The notes under the pieces were generated by a model that searched no databases, had not been told where the DNA came from, and worked only from the letters and a program-made list of their open reading frames with translations. Below are positions 28,216 to 38,011 of a DNA stretch of 57,733 nucleotides, one piece after another. The stretch comes from Tolypothrix carrinoi HA7290-LM1 (lineage in GTDB: Bacteria; Cyanobacteriota; Cyanobacteriia; Cyanobacteriales; Nostocaceae): positions 1 to 57,733 of the forward strand of contig JAHHIK010000051.1 in assembly GCA_019358935.1 (NCBI GenBank). The letters are read 5' to 3'. A program made the translations under genes and the position numbers. The first letter of the stretch is position 1. Each line of letters begins with the position of its first letter.

Positions 28216-28821
28216 TCAGTTGTAACCTCGCCAGACACCGATAAGGGTACCTTGCACCTCCACTTTTATAGCCGATACTTCGATGGGGTTGTATTTGGGA
28301 TTTGCAGGTTTGAGGGTGACGCGATCGCCATTTCTGTAAAATCGCTTCAATGTCGTACCGTGTCCTTCGACTCTGGCGGCGACAATGATACCATTTTTCA
28401 GATGATCTGGTTCTGGTACTGGACGCAGAAATACCACATCTCCATCGACAATCGAATCTTCAACCATACTATCGCCAGCTACCCGCAAAGCATATGTGTG
28501 CGGAGGTAACGACAAATTAGCCAAATCCAGATGTTCCACAGCATCGGTGAACGGTTCGATTAAACCGCCGGCAGCGATTGTACCTAAAATTGGCACACCT
28601 GGTTTTTGCGGACGCAAAATCCTAATAGTTCTCGCCTTACCTTCACTCCATTCAATATGTCCCTTGGCGCGTAAATGTTCCAAGCGGCTTTGAATCGGTG
28701 CAGGTGATTTCAGGTTCATCGCTTGCATCATTTGCCTAATTGAAGGCGAATGCTGGTGCGTTCGGATGTATTCCGCCAGCCATTCGTAAAGTTCTTGTTG
28801 AGCTTCTGTTAGTCTTTCCAT
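28216..28821 (-). CDS. lexA: SOS repressor LexA
   Basis: Winged-helix N-terminus (PSIRQMMQAMNLKSPAPIQSRL), cleavage-site region IAAG, catalytic GDSM and TLKR. Confidence 0.95.
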   Translation of the reverse strand: MERLTEAQQELYEWLAEYIRTHQHSPSIRQMMQAMNLKSPAPIQSRLEHLRAKGHIEWSEGKARTIRILRPQKPGVPILGTIAAGGLIEPFTDAVEHLDLANLSLPPHTYALRVAGDSMVEDSIVDGDVVFLRPVPEPDHLKNGIIVAARVEGHGTTLKRFYRNGDRVTLKPANPKYNPIEVSAIKVEVQGTLIGVWRGYN

Positions 28822-28839
28822 AAATTAGTAGGGAGACAA

Positions 28840-28868
28840 AGTACAAATGTCTCTAGAACATTAGTACT
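28840..28868 (-). promoter_or_regulatory. Cyanobacterial LexA box(es) upstream of lexA (autoregulation)
   Basis: 28855-28868 reads AGTACTAATGTTCT on the minus strand, matching RGTAC-NNN-DGTWCB. An imperfect second site AGTACAAATGTCTC is at 28840-28853. Confidence 0.8.
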
Positions 28869-29088
28869 ACAAAAACTCCCCCAATGGCTTGTAAATTTTG
28901 AATTTTTAATTTTGGGTGAGGAAATTCAAAGAGTGAGGAGTTAAAAGTGAGGAGTTAGGAGTTAAGAGTGAGGAGTTAGGAGTGAGCTAGAGACGTTCCA
29001 CACTCCCACGTCTGTACGAAAGTGAGGAGTGAGGAGTAAATACTTATAGCTTATAACTCATAACTCATAACTCATAACTCCTAACTCT

Positions 29089-30009
29089 TTATTCTGCCCC
29101 TAAGATACTTGCAAGTAAAGCTTTTTGAGCGTGCATCCGATTTTCTGCCTGATCCCAAACTCGTGAATGAGAGCCTTCAATTACAGATTCAGTAATTTCT
29201 TCACCGCGATGAGCTGGTAAACAGTGTAAAACAATTGCGTCGCGATCGGCAAGACTTAATAGCGGCTCGTTGATTTGGTAGGATTGGAAAATTGGTAGCC
29301 TCGCGCCGGCTTCTGCTTCTTGCCCCATACTTGCCCAAACATCAGTATAAAGTACAGAAGCTCCCTTTACTGCTGCTTCTGGGTCATTAGTTAAGATAAC
29401 TTCAGTTTTGTTGTCGGCTATTGCGCGTGCTTTTTCGGTGATGGCTGCATTTGGCTCATAGCCAATTGGCGTGGCAATTCTTACATTCATCCCTACCAAA
29501 GCACAGCCTAGCATCAGAGAATTGGCGACATTATTACCATCGCCCACATAAGTTAAGGTCAACCCAGTTAGAGTACCAAAACATTCTTGAATCGTCATTA
29601 AATCTGCCAATACTTGACAGGGATGCCCTAAATCGGTAAGCGCATTAATTACGGGAATTTTGGCATAATGGGCAAAAATTTCCAAATCTTGCTGTGCGAA
29701 GGTGCGAATTGCCAAAATATCCAAATATCGATCCAATACCCGCGCTGTATCTTCTATCGGTTCCCCGCGACTCACTTGGGTGACATTCGGGTTAAGATCA
29801 ATTACCTGTCCACCCAGTTGATACATCGCCACAGTAAAACTGACTCGTGTGCGAGTTGAAGCTTTGGAAAACAACAACCCCAGCACTTTCGGACAATGCA
29901 ACTTTAGCCGTTGTGATTTCAACTCAGTTGCCAAAAGCAAGAGTTCTTGAACTTCGGTTGCACTCAAGTCCGCCAAACTTAATAAATCTCGTCCGATCAA
30001 CGCTGCCAT
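29089..30009 (-). CDS. argF: Ornithine carbamoyltransferase
   Basis: FSKASTRTRVSF, HPCQ, YTDVWASMG, LHCLP, QAENRMH. Confidence 0.95.
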   Translation of the reverse strand: MAALIGRDLLSLADLSATEVQELLLLATELKSQRLKLHCPKVLGLLFSKASTRTRVSFTVAMYQLGGQVIDLNPNVTQVSRGEPIEDTARVLDRYLDILAIRTFAQQDLEIFAHYAKIPVINALTDLGHPCQVLADLMTIQECFGTLTGLTLTYVGDGNNVANSLMLGCALVGMNVRIATPIGYEPNAAITEKARAIADNKTEVILTNDPEAAVKGASVLYTDVWASMGQEAEAGARLPIFQSYQINEPLLSLADRDAIVLHCLPAHRGEEITESVIEGSHSRVWDQAENRMHAQKALLASILGAE

Positions 30010-30361
30010 TGTTGTGATCTGTAAAGAACAATTATGTCTTTATGTTCGCTTCGCGCGTGCCGTATTAAAAAAATACCACTTTAAAACCTTACCAGATATT
30101 TTGGTGTTCAGCCTGGGATTTCAGATATGAATCTTCATTACTCCCTACTCACAATTTTTTCTATATTTTTGCACGAAGAAAGCAGCCTTCAATAAATCAT
30201 TTACAGGCAAAAAAATCATAAATATCGGACAAAGCAAGCATTTTTTTCTTTTTTTGCACTTGACGTTGTGCAATTAGCTGGCTTATGCTAGAATATGAAA
30301 TTGGTATGATGTGTAAAAATAAAAGTTCAAAATTTTTGCAATCGTCCAGAGTTAGCGCTTC

Positions 30362-30433
30362 GCCAGCATAGCACAGTGGTAGTGCATCCGACTTGTAATC
30401 GGAAGGTCGTCGGTTCAAATCCGACTGCTGGCT
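30362..30433 (+). tRNA. tRNA-Thr(UGU)
   Basis: Acceptor stem GCCAGCA/TGCTGGC, D arm GCAC…GTGC, anticodon arm TCCGA-CTTGTAA-TCGGA, T loop GGTTCAAATCC. CCA is not encoded. Confidence 0.95.
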
Positions 30434-30454
30434 TTGTCTGTGGAATCGTCTTAT

Positions 30455-30505
30455 AAGAAGGTAGGTTGAAAACCCCGTGCAATCTACGCCGGGGATGAAA
30501 ACCAC
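30455..30505 (+). mobile_element. Solo IS200/IS605-type left-end remnant
   Basis: TTAT|AAGAAGGTAGGTTGAAAAC-CCCG…CGGG-GATGAAAAC has the same architecture (TTAT, AAG start, GTTGAAAAC-hairpin-GATGAAAAC) as the end at 10328. Confidence 0.5.
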
Positions 30506-30584
30506 TTTCAGGCAGGTTTTAAGGTGCCAATCACTTCTTTTCGGAATAATCTTACAAAATAGTGTATAATGACTCAGCAATTTT

Positions 30585-31904
30585 TTAATCAATACAAGTC
30601 TTGATTAAATCTTCCACACCGGCGACTGGTAAGATTTTTGTATTCAGTTGGCTAGCTACCTCCTCAATACTCATATCATCTAAAAATATCAATTCACCAT
30701 GTTTGAGCATAACTTTTGGTAGCAAAATTCCTTCTCCTAAATCTTCCCCTTGTAAATTTAAAAGCAAATCATGACCAGTTAGCAACCCGGTAACGCTGAT
30801 ACTCTGTCCCCAATAATCGCTGTTCAAAGCACGCATATTTACTTCTAAATTCTCTACAGCATTCAATTGCTGTAAAATAGGTTGAAATGCTTTTTCAACT
30901 GCATTGCCAACTACCCAAGTAAATTTTCGCGTCTTTGAGATTTTTGGCGGTAATAATTCAGCAGCAGCGGTTGCAAACTGCTTGAGAAATAAACGAATCG
31001 AACCTACACCGTTGTCAATTTGCGGATAGTCGTTATATTCAACTTCGCTGGGTAATTCTTCACCAGCAATCAAAAACCACTCATCGGCTAACCAAGCTAC
31101 GTTAGAACCGTATTTTTTGCTAAATTCTTGTTGAAGCGATCGCACTTGCGAAATCACTTCTATCGCTTTTTCTTCACTTACAGGTATAAGTTCATCTTTC
31201 TCTAAACGAAATCGCGTCAAACCCACAGGTACCACTGCTACTGATAAAATCGCAGGCACTTCCCCAGTACAAAATGACGCTAAATCCCGCAATGTTTGTT
31301 CTAAATGTTTGCCATCATTTATACCAGGACAAACGACGACTTGAGCATGAATTTGCAATCGTCTTTCTTGAAACCACTTCAGTTGTTGTAGAATTTGTCC
31401 CGCACGGGGATTTTTCAACAATCTAATTCTGACTTCTGGTTCGGTAGCGTGAACCGAAACATATAACGGAGATAGTCGCATTTTTTCAATGCGCTGCCAT
31501 TCTCGCTCTGGTAAATTAGTAAGAGTTAAGTATGAGCCATACAAAAAGCTCAAGCGATAATCATCATCTTTAAAATACAAGCTTTGTCGCTTGCCTGGTG
31601 GCTGTTGATCGATAAAGCAAAATGGACAGCGGTTATTACACTGAATTAAATTATCAAACAGTGCCGTTTCAAATTCTAATCCTAAATCTTCGTCGTAGTC
31701 TTTTTCAATTTCAATATGATGAGTTTTTCCTTTATCGTCTAAAACTTCTAATTCCAGAACTTCATCAGCGCACAAAAACTGATAGTCAATTAAATCGCGG
31801 GGACGCGTACCATTGATAGCAACGATCGCATCCCCCACCGCAAAGCCAATTTCCGCAGCGATGGAATCTGGTAATACCCCAGTAATTCGGGCAGGATGAG
31901 TCAT
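30585..31904 (-). CDS. PDZ-containing radical SAM/Fe-S protein (DUF512 type)
   Basis: N-terminal PDZ-like region (PDSIAAEIGF..GD.IVAING), CNNRCPFC (CxxxCxxC), KDDDYRLSFLYGSYLTLTN, QIDNGVG. Confidence 0.88.
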   Translation of the reverse strand: MTHPARITGVLPDSIAAEIGFAVGDAIVAINGTRPRDLIDYQFLCADEVLELEVLDDKGKTHHIEIEKDYDEDLGLEFETALFDNLIQCNNRCPFCFIDQQPPGKRQSLYFKDDDYRLSFLYGSYLTLTNLPEREWQRIEKMRLSPLYVSVHATEPEVRIRLLKNPRAGQILQQLKWFQERRLQIHAQVVVCPGINDGKHLEQTLRDLASFCTGEVPAILSVAVVPVGLTRFRLEKDELIPVSEEKAIEVISQVRSLQQEFSKKYGSNVAWLADEWFLIAGEELPSEVEYNDYPQIDNGVGSIRLFLKQFATAAAELLPPKISKTRKFTWVVGNAVEKAFQPILQQLNAVENLEVNMRALNSDYWGQSISVTGLLTGHDLLLNLQGEDLGEGILLPKVMLKHGELIFLDDMSIEEVASQLNTKILPVAGVEDLIKTCID

Positions 31905-32059
31905 TAGATGGTGGAAGCGTGAAAGCGTAGATAGTGGGAGCGTGGATAGTAGCTATTATATGGTAGTTAGTAGTTAAGATTTAATGGATCTTGGGAGCGT
32001 AGATATCAACTATCAACTATCAACTATCAACTATCAACTAACCACGCTTCCACCATCCA

Positions 32060-32995
32060 CTAACTATTTTTCAACATTCCAGTTGCGATCGCACTCAAGA
32101 TTGCTACTCCAAATGCCAAACGATACCAAACAAAGATCCAAGTGTCTTTTCTTTGAAGATATCGCAACAGCCAAGCGATCGAGATATACGAAAATATAAA
32201 CGCAGATAATGTTCCTACACCTACCAACACCAAGTCAATCTTACCCAAAGCTTCTTTGATAAATTCATATAAAGTGGCAATTGTCAAGGCAGGAATGCCC
32301 AAAAGAAAGGAAAATTTTGCTGCTGTCTCCCTTTGCAAGCCCAAAAACAAGGCGGTAGTTAAAGTTGCACCAGAACGAGATACCCCAGGTGCTAAAGACA
32401 GCATTTGTCCTAACCCAATCAGCAGTCCATCGCGAATCTTCAAGCTGTTAAAGTCGCGTTTGCGGCTACCGAATTTTTCTGCTGCCCCTAATAATAGTGC
32501 CATGACAATCGAATCGATGGCGATCGTCGTCATGCTGTTAATTGCCGAGTTTTCATCATTGAGTAAATCCTTGATCGCAAATCCCACCACTAAAATCGGC
32601 AAAGTGCCTATTGCTACACCAACCAACAATTGCCATTCATCCCGTCGCCAGTCTTTTTCTTGGAAAGCTACCCAGCCTCCAGTCAAAATTAGACTAATAT
32701 CTTTCCAAAAATAAATCAAAACGGCAATCACGCTGCCAAATTGAATTGTCGCGACAAAAGACTTTTCTCCCAGCAGTTTCCAGCCTAATGCTTTGGTAAA
32801 TACTTGTAGATGGGCAGTGCTACTAATGGGCAGAAATTCTGTTATCCCTTGCACAATCCCCAGAATAAATGCCTGAATTATTTGCTGTATCAGGTTCGGT
32901 TCACCCGTTGCTACAGCAGAGGGAACTCCCACCTGTAATATATGACTTGATGCTGGCAATAGCAAATCTAGACCGGCTTCTAACATTATTCCCAT
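32060..32995 (-). CDS. uppP: Undecaprenyl-diphosphate phosphatase
   Basis: GIVQGITEFLPISSTAH, PGVSRSGAT, FSFLLGIP. Confidence 0.93.
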   Translation of the reverse strand: MGIMLEAGLDLLLPASSHILQVGVPSAVATGEPNLIQQIIQAFILGIVQGITEFLPISSTAHLQVFTKALGWKLLGEKSFVATIQFGSVIAVLIYFWKDISLILTGGWVAFQEKDWRRDEWQLLVGVAIGTLPILVVGFAIKDLLNDENSAINSMTTIAIDSIVMALLLGAAEKFGSRKRDFNSLKIRDGLLIGLGQMLSLAPGVSRSGATLTTALFLGLQRETAAKFSFLLGIPALTIATLYEFIKEALGKIDLVLVGVGTLSAFIFSYISIAWLLRYLQRKDTWIFVWYRLAFGVAILSAIATGMLKNS

Positions 32996-33182
32996 TAATC
33001 AGACTCCCATATTAGCTGCGTAATTTTACCGAATTATCCAACTTTACGCCTCTGTTGTCGTTGTGTCCGGGTCAGATAATTTTAGCCAATTAAAATTAAA
33101 GTAAAATAAATATGCCCCCCTAGGGGATTTTTTGTTGTAATATCTTAAATAATATAAAGTTAAGTAAACAATATTAAAAACT

Positions 33183-33956
33183 TTGATTAACAATACATTG
33201 TCTTCTTACACGGTTTCTAATCCTTCAATTAACGCTCTAGACACGGAAACGGTACAAAAAAGCCGAGAGGAGTTAGAGGCAGCACTGTCTTTGAGTTCCT
33301 CATTCGGAGTGATGGCATCGTCTCGCCAAGGTTGGTTAGTGTTTGCAGCGGCGGTATTTTTAGTATCTGTGCCCGTATTTATCGAAGCGCCGTTAGTGCG
33401 ATCGCTACCTTTATTAAGTTTTGTATTAACAGGCTTTTGGGTCTGGCTGAGTTTTAGATTAATGTCAAATTCCGCAACTTATATTTGGGGAGATTTACTC
33501 CTAGGGTTCAGCTGGAGTTGGTTAGCCGGTTCAATTTATTGGGGCTGGTTGCGTTGGGAACCGTTATGGCATTTGCCAGTAGAGTCAATCGCGCTACCAT
33601 TTGCTTGTTGGGCAGTAATGCGGAATTGGGGCAAAGTCGGTAACTGGTTTTATTTCGGTTCTTTACTGGGTACAGCTTTAACCGACGTGTATTTTTATCT
33701 AGTAGACTTGATGCCTTATTGGCGGCAAATCATGCGTGTCGAACCAGCTTTAGCATCACCAATATTGCACAGTGCTGTAGCGCAAGTCCAAACACCTTGG
33801 GGAGAAACCTGGGCGCTAATTCTCGCCGTCATTTTGTTGATTGCTGGCGTTTTGCCTTTAATTAAACGCCAACGGCATTGGTACGCCTTTAGTGGAGCGG
33901 TGCTGAGTACAATTTTGGTAGATAGCTTATTTCTGCTAGCTGCCGTTGCGTCTTAA
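33183..33956 (+). CDS. Conserved cyanobacterial membrane protein (DUF3120-like)
   Basis: FLVSVPVFIEAPLVR, GFSWSWLAGSIYWGWLRWEPLWHLPVE, multiple TM segments. Lies in the uppP-psbU neighbourhood. Confidence 0.75.
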   Translation: MINNTLSSYTVSNPSINALDTETVQKSREELEAALSLSSSFGVMASSRQGWLVFAAAVFLVSVPVFIEAPLVRSLPLLSFVLTGFWVWLSFRLMSNSATYIWGDLLLGFSWSWLAGSIYWGWLRWEPLWHLPVESIALPFACWAVMRNWGKVGNWFYFGSLLGTALTDVYFYLVDLMPYWRQIMRVEPALASPILHSAVAQVQTPWGETWALILAVILLIAGVLPLIKRQRHWYAFSGAVLSTILVDSLFLLAAVAS

Positions 33957-33957
33957 A

Positions 33958-34134
33958 CCGGACTTACGCCAAAACCCTCTACAACTCTTATTCCTTGGGT
34001 ACTTGGCGTCCTTCTCCTTCTCCGATAGGAGAAGGAGAAGGACACGTTCGCGCTTCGCGTCTCGTTCGCGCTTCGCGTCTCCGACAGGAGAAGAGAAGGA
34101 ATAAGAGTTGCAGAGAGTTTTTGCGTAAGTCCTG
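33958..34134. mobile_element. MITE-like element with ~37-bp imperfect terminal inverted repeats
   Basis: Left end CCGGACTTACGCCAAAACCCTCTACAACTCTTATTCCT. The reverse complement of the right end is CAGGACTTACGCAAAAACTCTCTGCAACTCTTATTCCT. Contains an internal 18-bp duplication and a hairpin, with no coding capacity. Confidence 0.75.
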
Positions 34135-34147
34135 AACCAGTCATAAC

Positions 34148-34888
34148 ATGAGAGTTGTAATCATCACAGGTGGCAGTAGTGGCATCGGACGTGGCATTGC
34201 GGAAGCTTTTGTTAAAGAAGATGCTCAAGTTGTGATTATTGGACGAAATAAAGAAAAGCTTAAATCTACAGCTCAAGCAATTAATTTCAATTGCGTGTGG
34301 CAACAAGCAGATGTCAGCAAGCGAAACGAAGTTACTGAAGTTGTTAATTTTATTGTTCAGCAATACGGCAATATTGATGTATTGGTCAACGCCGCAGGCT
34401 TTCCGCGTTGGTTGACAACCAGTACGCCGTTAGATGAAGCCGAACAACTTTGGGATGAGGTGATAAACACTAATCTCAAAGGTACTTTTTTGATGGCAAT
34501 GGCGGTTGCCCCTCATTTGACCAAACCGGGAGGTCGCATAATTAACATCAGCACTAATGCCGCGTTTACGGGAGGAAACCGACCGGGTTATTTAGGCTAT
34601 GCCTCAGCCAAAGGAGGCGTGCATGGATTAACCTATGCTCTTGCACGCGAACTCAGTCCCCAAGGAATTACGGTTAATGCTGTTGCTCCTGGTTACATTG
34701 AAAACACTGCGATTACAAACGAATGGTCTGAGGAAATCGTTGAGTCAATTGTCAACCAAACCCCTGTAGGTCGATCTGGGAATGTTGGGGATGTTGTAGC
34801 GGCAGTTCTATTTTTATCTTCACAAAAAGCCTCATTTATCACAGGTGAAGTGCTGAACGTTAATGGTGGCTTACTTTTTGGGCGTTAA
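34148..34888 (+). CDS. SDR-family NAD(P)-dependent oxidoreductase (FabG-like)
   Basis: TGGSSGIG, LVNAAG, YxxxK (YASAK), VNAVAPG, ITGEVLNVNGG. Confidence 0.9.
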   Translation: MRVVIITGGSSGIGRGIAEAFVKEDAQVVIIGRNKEKLKSTAQAINFNCVWQQADVSKRNEVTEVVNFIVQQYGNIDVLVNAAGFPRWLTTSTPLDEAEQLWDEVINTNLKGTFLMAMAVAPHLTKPGGRIINISTNAAFTGGNRPGYLGYASAKGGVHGLTYALARELSPQGITVNAVAPGYIENTAITNEWSEEIVESIVNQTPVGRSGNVGDVVAAVLFLSSQKASFITGEVLNVNGGLLFGR

Positions 34889-34931
34889 AGCTTTGCTTGA
34901 CGCGTATACGCGCTCTCAAAAACGGTGTTGC

Positions 34932-35194
34932 ACCAAGTTCATGAAGAGGGGGAAAGGGGAAGGGGTAAAGGGGAAAGGGGGGAAGAAATTGGAGGGTGAT
35001 TGCAACCCCTTCCAATTAAAGACCACTTAAAAAGTGGGGTCGCTGTTACCCATGCTGGGGAAAAGAAAAGGAAAAAACTTTATGCGTGTCTTAAATAACT
35101 CTATCCCTTTCCCCTGTCTTGAAAAAGTCTGATCGGAGGAAACCTCCGCTCAGATTTTCCGCTTTTTTCCTTTCCCCTTTCCCCCTCCCTTGGT
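34932..35194. repeat. MITE-like/inverted-repeat element with GGGGAAA heptamer arms
   Basis: ACCAAG…GAGGGGGAAAGGGGAAGGG on the left and TTTCCTTTCCCCTTTCCCCCTCCCTTGGT on the right, with internal hairpins. Confidence 0.5.
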
Positions 35195-35442
35195 AAAAAG
35201 AATAGGTATTTTTGCTTTATTATTTGATAATTTTTAGTAAAAGTACAACCAATGGCAGTGGCAGTAAATATTGTGGATATTAATACGCTGTATATTAGTT
35301 TCTGATGACTGCTGTGTTGATTAAGTTATGAGCATAGGATTTCGGATTGTCTTTTGTCGTTCTGTGACGAATGACGAGCGATCGCTCTAGCGTGCTCTGA
35401 GCTTAAAACTTTTATTTCAGTTTGATGGAGAGGTAAAAAATT

Positions 35443-35883
35443 GTGAAAAAATTGGTGCGTTTATTAACAGTGTTTAGCTTGTTGCTTGGCTGCTGGGGAT
35501 GGTTGGGAACAACTCAGATAGCCCAAGCTAGCAATATCAATGGTGTCAGTTTGCAATTTGTGCCAGTTCTTGCAGTTGAGTTCACTCAACCAAGGCAAAA
35601 CAGGGCAGACCAAAAACTAGCAACAGAATTTGGGAAAAAACTTGACTTAAATAACACCAACGTGCGAGCTTTTCAGGACTATCCAGGACTGTATCCTACC
35701 CTCGCGAGCAAAATCATCCAAAATGCTCCTTACAAGAAGCTAGATGATGTGTTCGACATTCCCGGATTAAGCGATCGCCAAAAACAAATCCTGCAAGCCA
35801 ACCTAGATCACTTTACCGTGACCGAGCCGGAACCGGCCTTCAACGAAGGAGACGATCGCTTTAACAACGGCATCTACAGATAG
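35443..35883 (+). CDS. psbU: Photosystem II 12 kDa extrinsic protein PsbU
   Basis: Signal peptide, then NRADQKL…[30 protein letters not shown]…[11 protein letters not shown]. Confidence 0.95.
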   Translation: MKKLVRLLTVFSLLLGCWGWLGTTQIAQASNINGVSLQFVPVLAVEFTQPRQNRADQKLATEFGKKLDLNNTNVRAFQDYPGLYPTLASKIIQNAPYKKLDDVFDIPGLSDRQKQILQANLDHFTVTEPEPAFNEGDDRFNNGIYR

Positions 35884-35904
35884 AGGCTGGGGACTGGGGA
35901 CTAG

Positions 35905-36232
35905 GAGGACAAGGGGAGGACACTTCCGTGCGGGGGTTCCCCCCCGTTAAGGAACGTGTCCGTGGACAAGGAGGACAAGGGGAGGACACTTCCGTGCGGG
36001 GGTTCCCCCCCGTTAAGGAACGTGTCCGTGGACAAGGGAGACAAGGGGAGGACACTTCCGTGCGGGGGTTCCCCCCCGTTAAGGAACGTGTCCGTGGACA
36101 AGGGAGACAAGATGAATTTTCTTCTCCTTTATCTCCCCCATCCCCCTTGTCTCCCCCATCTCCCCCATCCCCCTTGTCTCCCCCATCTCCCCCATCTCCC
36201 TTGTCCCCCCATCCCCCCCTCCCCCCACCTTG
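35905..36232. repeat. Three tandem copies of a palindromic small dispersed repeat in a GACAAGG array, followed by a CCCCATC/CCCTTGT array
   Basis: GAGGACACTTCCGTGCGGGGGTTCCCCCCGTTAAGGAACGTGTCCGT appears three times, identical, separated by GGACAAGG units. Confidence 0.9.
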
Positions 36233-36237
36233 TCCGC

Positions 36238-37929
36238 GTGCTAAATATCAACAGCCAATTTGATGTCTTAGTAGTCGGTGCTGGTGCTGCTGGATTATAC
36301 ACGGCACTTTGTTTGCCAGAGCACTTACAAGTCGGCTTGATTACTAAAGAAACAGTTTCTTTGTCCGCTAGTGATTGGGCACAAGGAGGTATTGCTGCGG
36401 CGATCGCTCCGGAAGATTCTGCTTACCTGCACATTGAAGATACTTTACGCGCAGGTGCCGGTTTATGCGATCCAAAAGCAGTAGAATTCCTCGCCGAACA
36501 CGCCAAAAGTTGCATTCAATCTTTAGTAAATTTGGGAGTAGCTTTTGACCGTCATAATAATGAGTTAGCTTTAACTTTAGAAGCTGCCCATTCTCGGCAT
36601 CGGGTTCTTCACGCTGCCGATACTACAGGTAGGGAAGTAACTACTACTCTTACCGCTCAAGTATTGCGACGCCCGAATATTCAAGTAATTCAGCAAGCTT
36701 TGGCGTTAAGTTTGTGGCTGGAACCCGAAAGCGGTAAATGTCAGGGAATTAGTCTGTTTTATCAAGGTAAAATTACCTGGATACGCGCTGGCGCAGTAGT
36801 TTTGGCAACAGGTGGTGGTGGTCAAGTTTTTGCCCAAACGACTAACCCAGCGGTGAGTACCGGCGATGGAGTAGCGATCGCTTGGCGTGCTGGAGCAATT
36901 TTGCGAGACTTAGAATTTGTCCAATTTCACCCGACTGCTTTAACTAAAAAAAGTGCCGATCGCTTTCTCATTAGTGAAGCTGTGCGCGGCGAAGGCGCAC
37001 ATCTAGTAGATAATGAAGGGCGACGCTTTGCCTTTGACTACCACCCAGCTGGTGAACTCGCTCCTAGAGATGTCGTCAGTCGAGCCATTTTCAGCCACTT
37101 ACAACGCACTTCTAGTGACCTTGCCACGGCTCATGTCTGGTTAGATATGCGTCCCATCCCTCCTGACAAGATTCGTTACCGCTTCCCCAACATTGTTAAA
37201 GTTTGTCAGCATTGGGGTATTGATGTCTTCTCGCAATTAATTCCCGTTGCCCCAGCTGCTCATTACTGGATGGGTGGTATTCTTACGGATCTGATGAATC
37301 AAACAAATATTCCCGGTTTGTATGCGGTGGGGGAAACTGCCAGTACCGGCGTACATGGAGCGAATCGTCTGGCAAGTAATTCCCTGCTTGAATGTATTGT
37401 GTTTGGCGCACAAATGGCTAATCTGAAGTCAGAAGTCACAAGTCACAAGGATATCAAAGAATCTGAATTTACACTTTCTCCTTCTGAGTTTATCCTTTCT
37501 GAAGGTGAGTGGAACAACGAAGAAGCACAGCTAGAAGCACTACGACAGAAGTTACCGCGTTTAGTGTGGGAAAGTGCTGGTATTTGTCGTCAACAATCAA
37601 GTTTAGAGCAAGCGATCGCTACTATTGAATCTTGGCAACAAGATTTTGCTGCTTTAAAACTGAGCCAATTTTTACTTACATTACGTCCAACAGAACCAGC
37701 TAGTTTCACTTTACCCGACGTTGAAAGGCAGTTGCGACTCTGGGCTGAAACCCGCAATTTATTAGATGTAGCTTATTTAATTCTTAAAAGCGCTGCTTTT
37801 AGAACCGAAAGTCGTGGTGGACACTTTCGTTTAGATTATCCTCAAAGCGCTCTCGATTGGCAGGCACACACACTAGTACAAAGACACTACTGGAATAAAA
37901 GTCCGATTATTAGCAACTCACAATTTTGA
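36238..37929 (+). CDS. nadB: L-aspartate oxidase
   Basis: FAD motif VVGAGAAG, SDWAQGGIA, EAAHSRHRVLH, EFVQFHPT, ELAPRDVVSR, HYWMGG, GVHGANRLASNSLLE, ESRGGH. GTG start at 36238; the upstream ORF extension is repeat-derived. Confidence 0.93.
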   Translation: MLNINSQFDVLVVGAGAAGLYTALCLPEHLQVGLITKETVSLSASDWAQGGIAAAIAPEDSAYLHIEDTLRAGAGLCDPKAVEFLAEHAKSCIQSLVNLGVAFDRHNNELALTLEAAHSRHRVLHAADTTGREVTTTLTAQVLRRPNIQVIQQALALSLWLEPESGKCQGISLFYQGKITWIRAGAVVLATGGGGQVFAQTTNPAVSTGDGVAIAWRAGAILRDLEFVQFHPTALTKKSADRFLISEAVRGEGAHLVDNEGRRFAFDYHPAGELAPRDVVSRAIFSHLQRTSSDLATAHVWLDMRPIPPDKIRYRFPNIVKVCQHWGIDVFSQLIPVAPAAHYWMGGILTDLMNQTNIPGLYAVGETASTGVHGANRLASNSLLECIVFGAQMANLKSEVTSHKDIKESEFTLSPSEFILSEGEWNNEEAQLEALRQKLPRLVWESAGICRQQSSLEQAIATIESWQQDFAALKLSQFLLTLRPTEPASFTLPDVERQLRLWAETRNLLDVAYLILKSAAFRTESRGGHFRLDYPQSALDWQAHTLVQRHYWNKSPIISNSQF

Positions 37930-38011
37930 GGATAGAACAATGGGCATGAGGCGTAGAAAAAAAGCAACTTAATTTTGTTGTAAATTTTTAATCTGGGAAA
38001 TTTTTAATTTC

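Noticed and set aside
27853..28509. 218-aa plus-strand ORF
   Set aside because: It is a shadow ORF spanning the antisense strands of the helicase and lexA plus the repeat spacer.
13315..30433. PT island as an integrative element anchored at tRNA-Thr
   Set aside because: No integrase and no duplicated tRNA 3' end were seen, lexA and argF lie between the island and the tRNA, and the island carries host HIP1 sites and STRRs.
30197..30592. 131-aa minus-strand ORF
   Set aside because: It is antisense to tRNA-Thr and the IS end remnant and has no recognisable domain.
35905..36110. Three identical ~47-bp palindromic repeats resembling a CRISPR array
   Set aside because: The intervening sequences are short (~12-20 bp) GGACAAGG repeat units rather than unique spacers, there are no cas genes, and the repeat belongs to the dispersed palindromic family seen elsewhere in the window.
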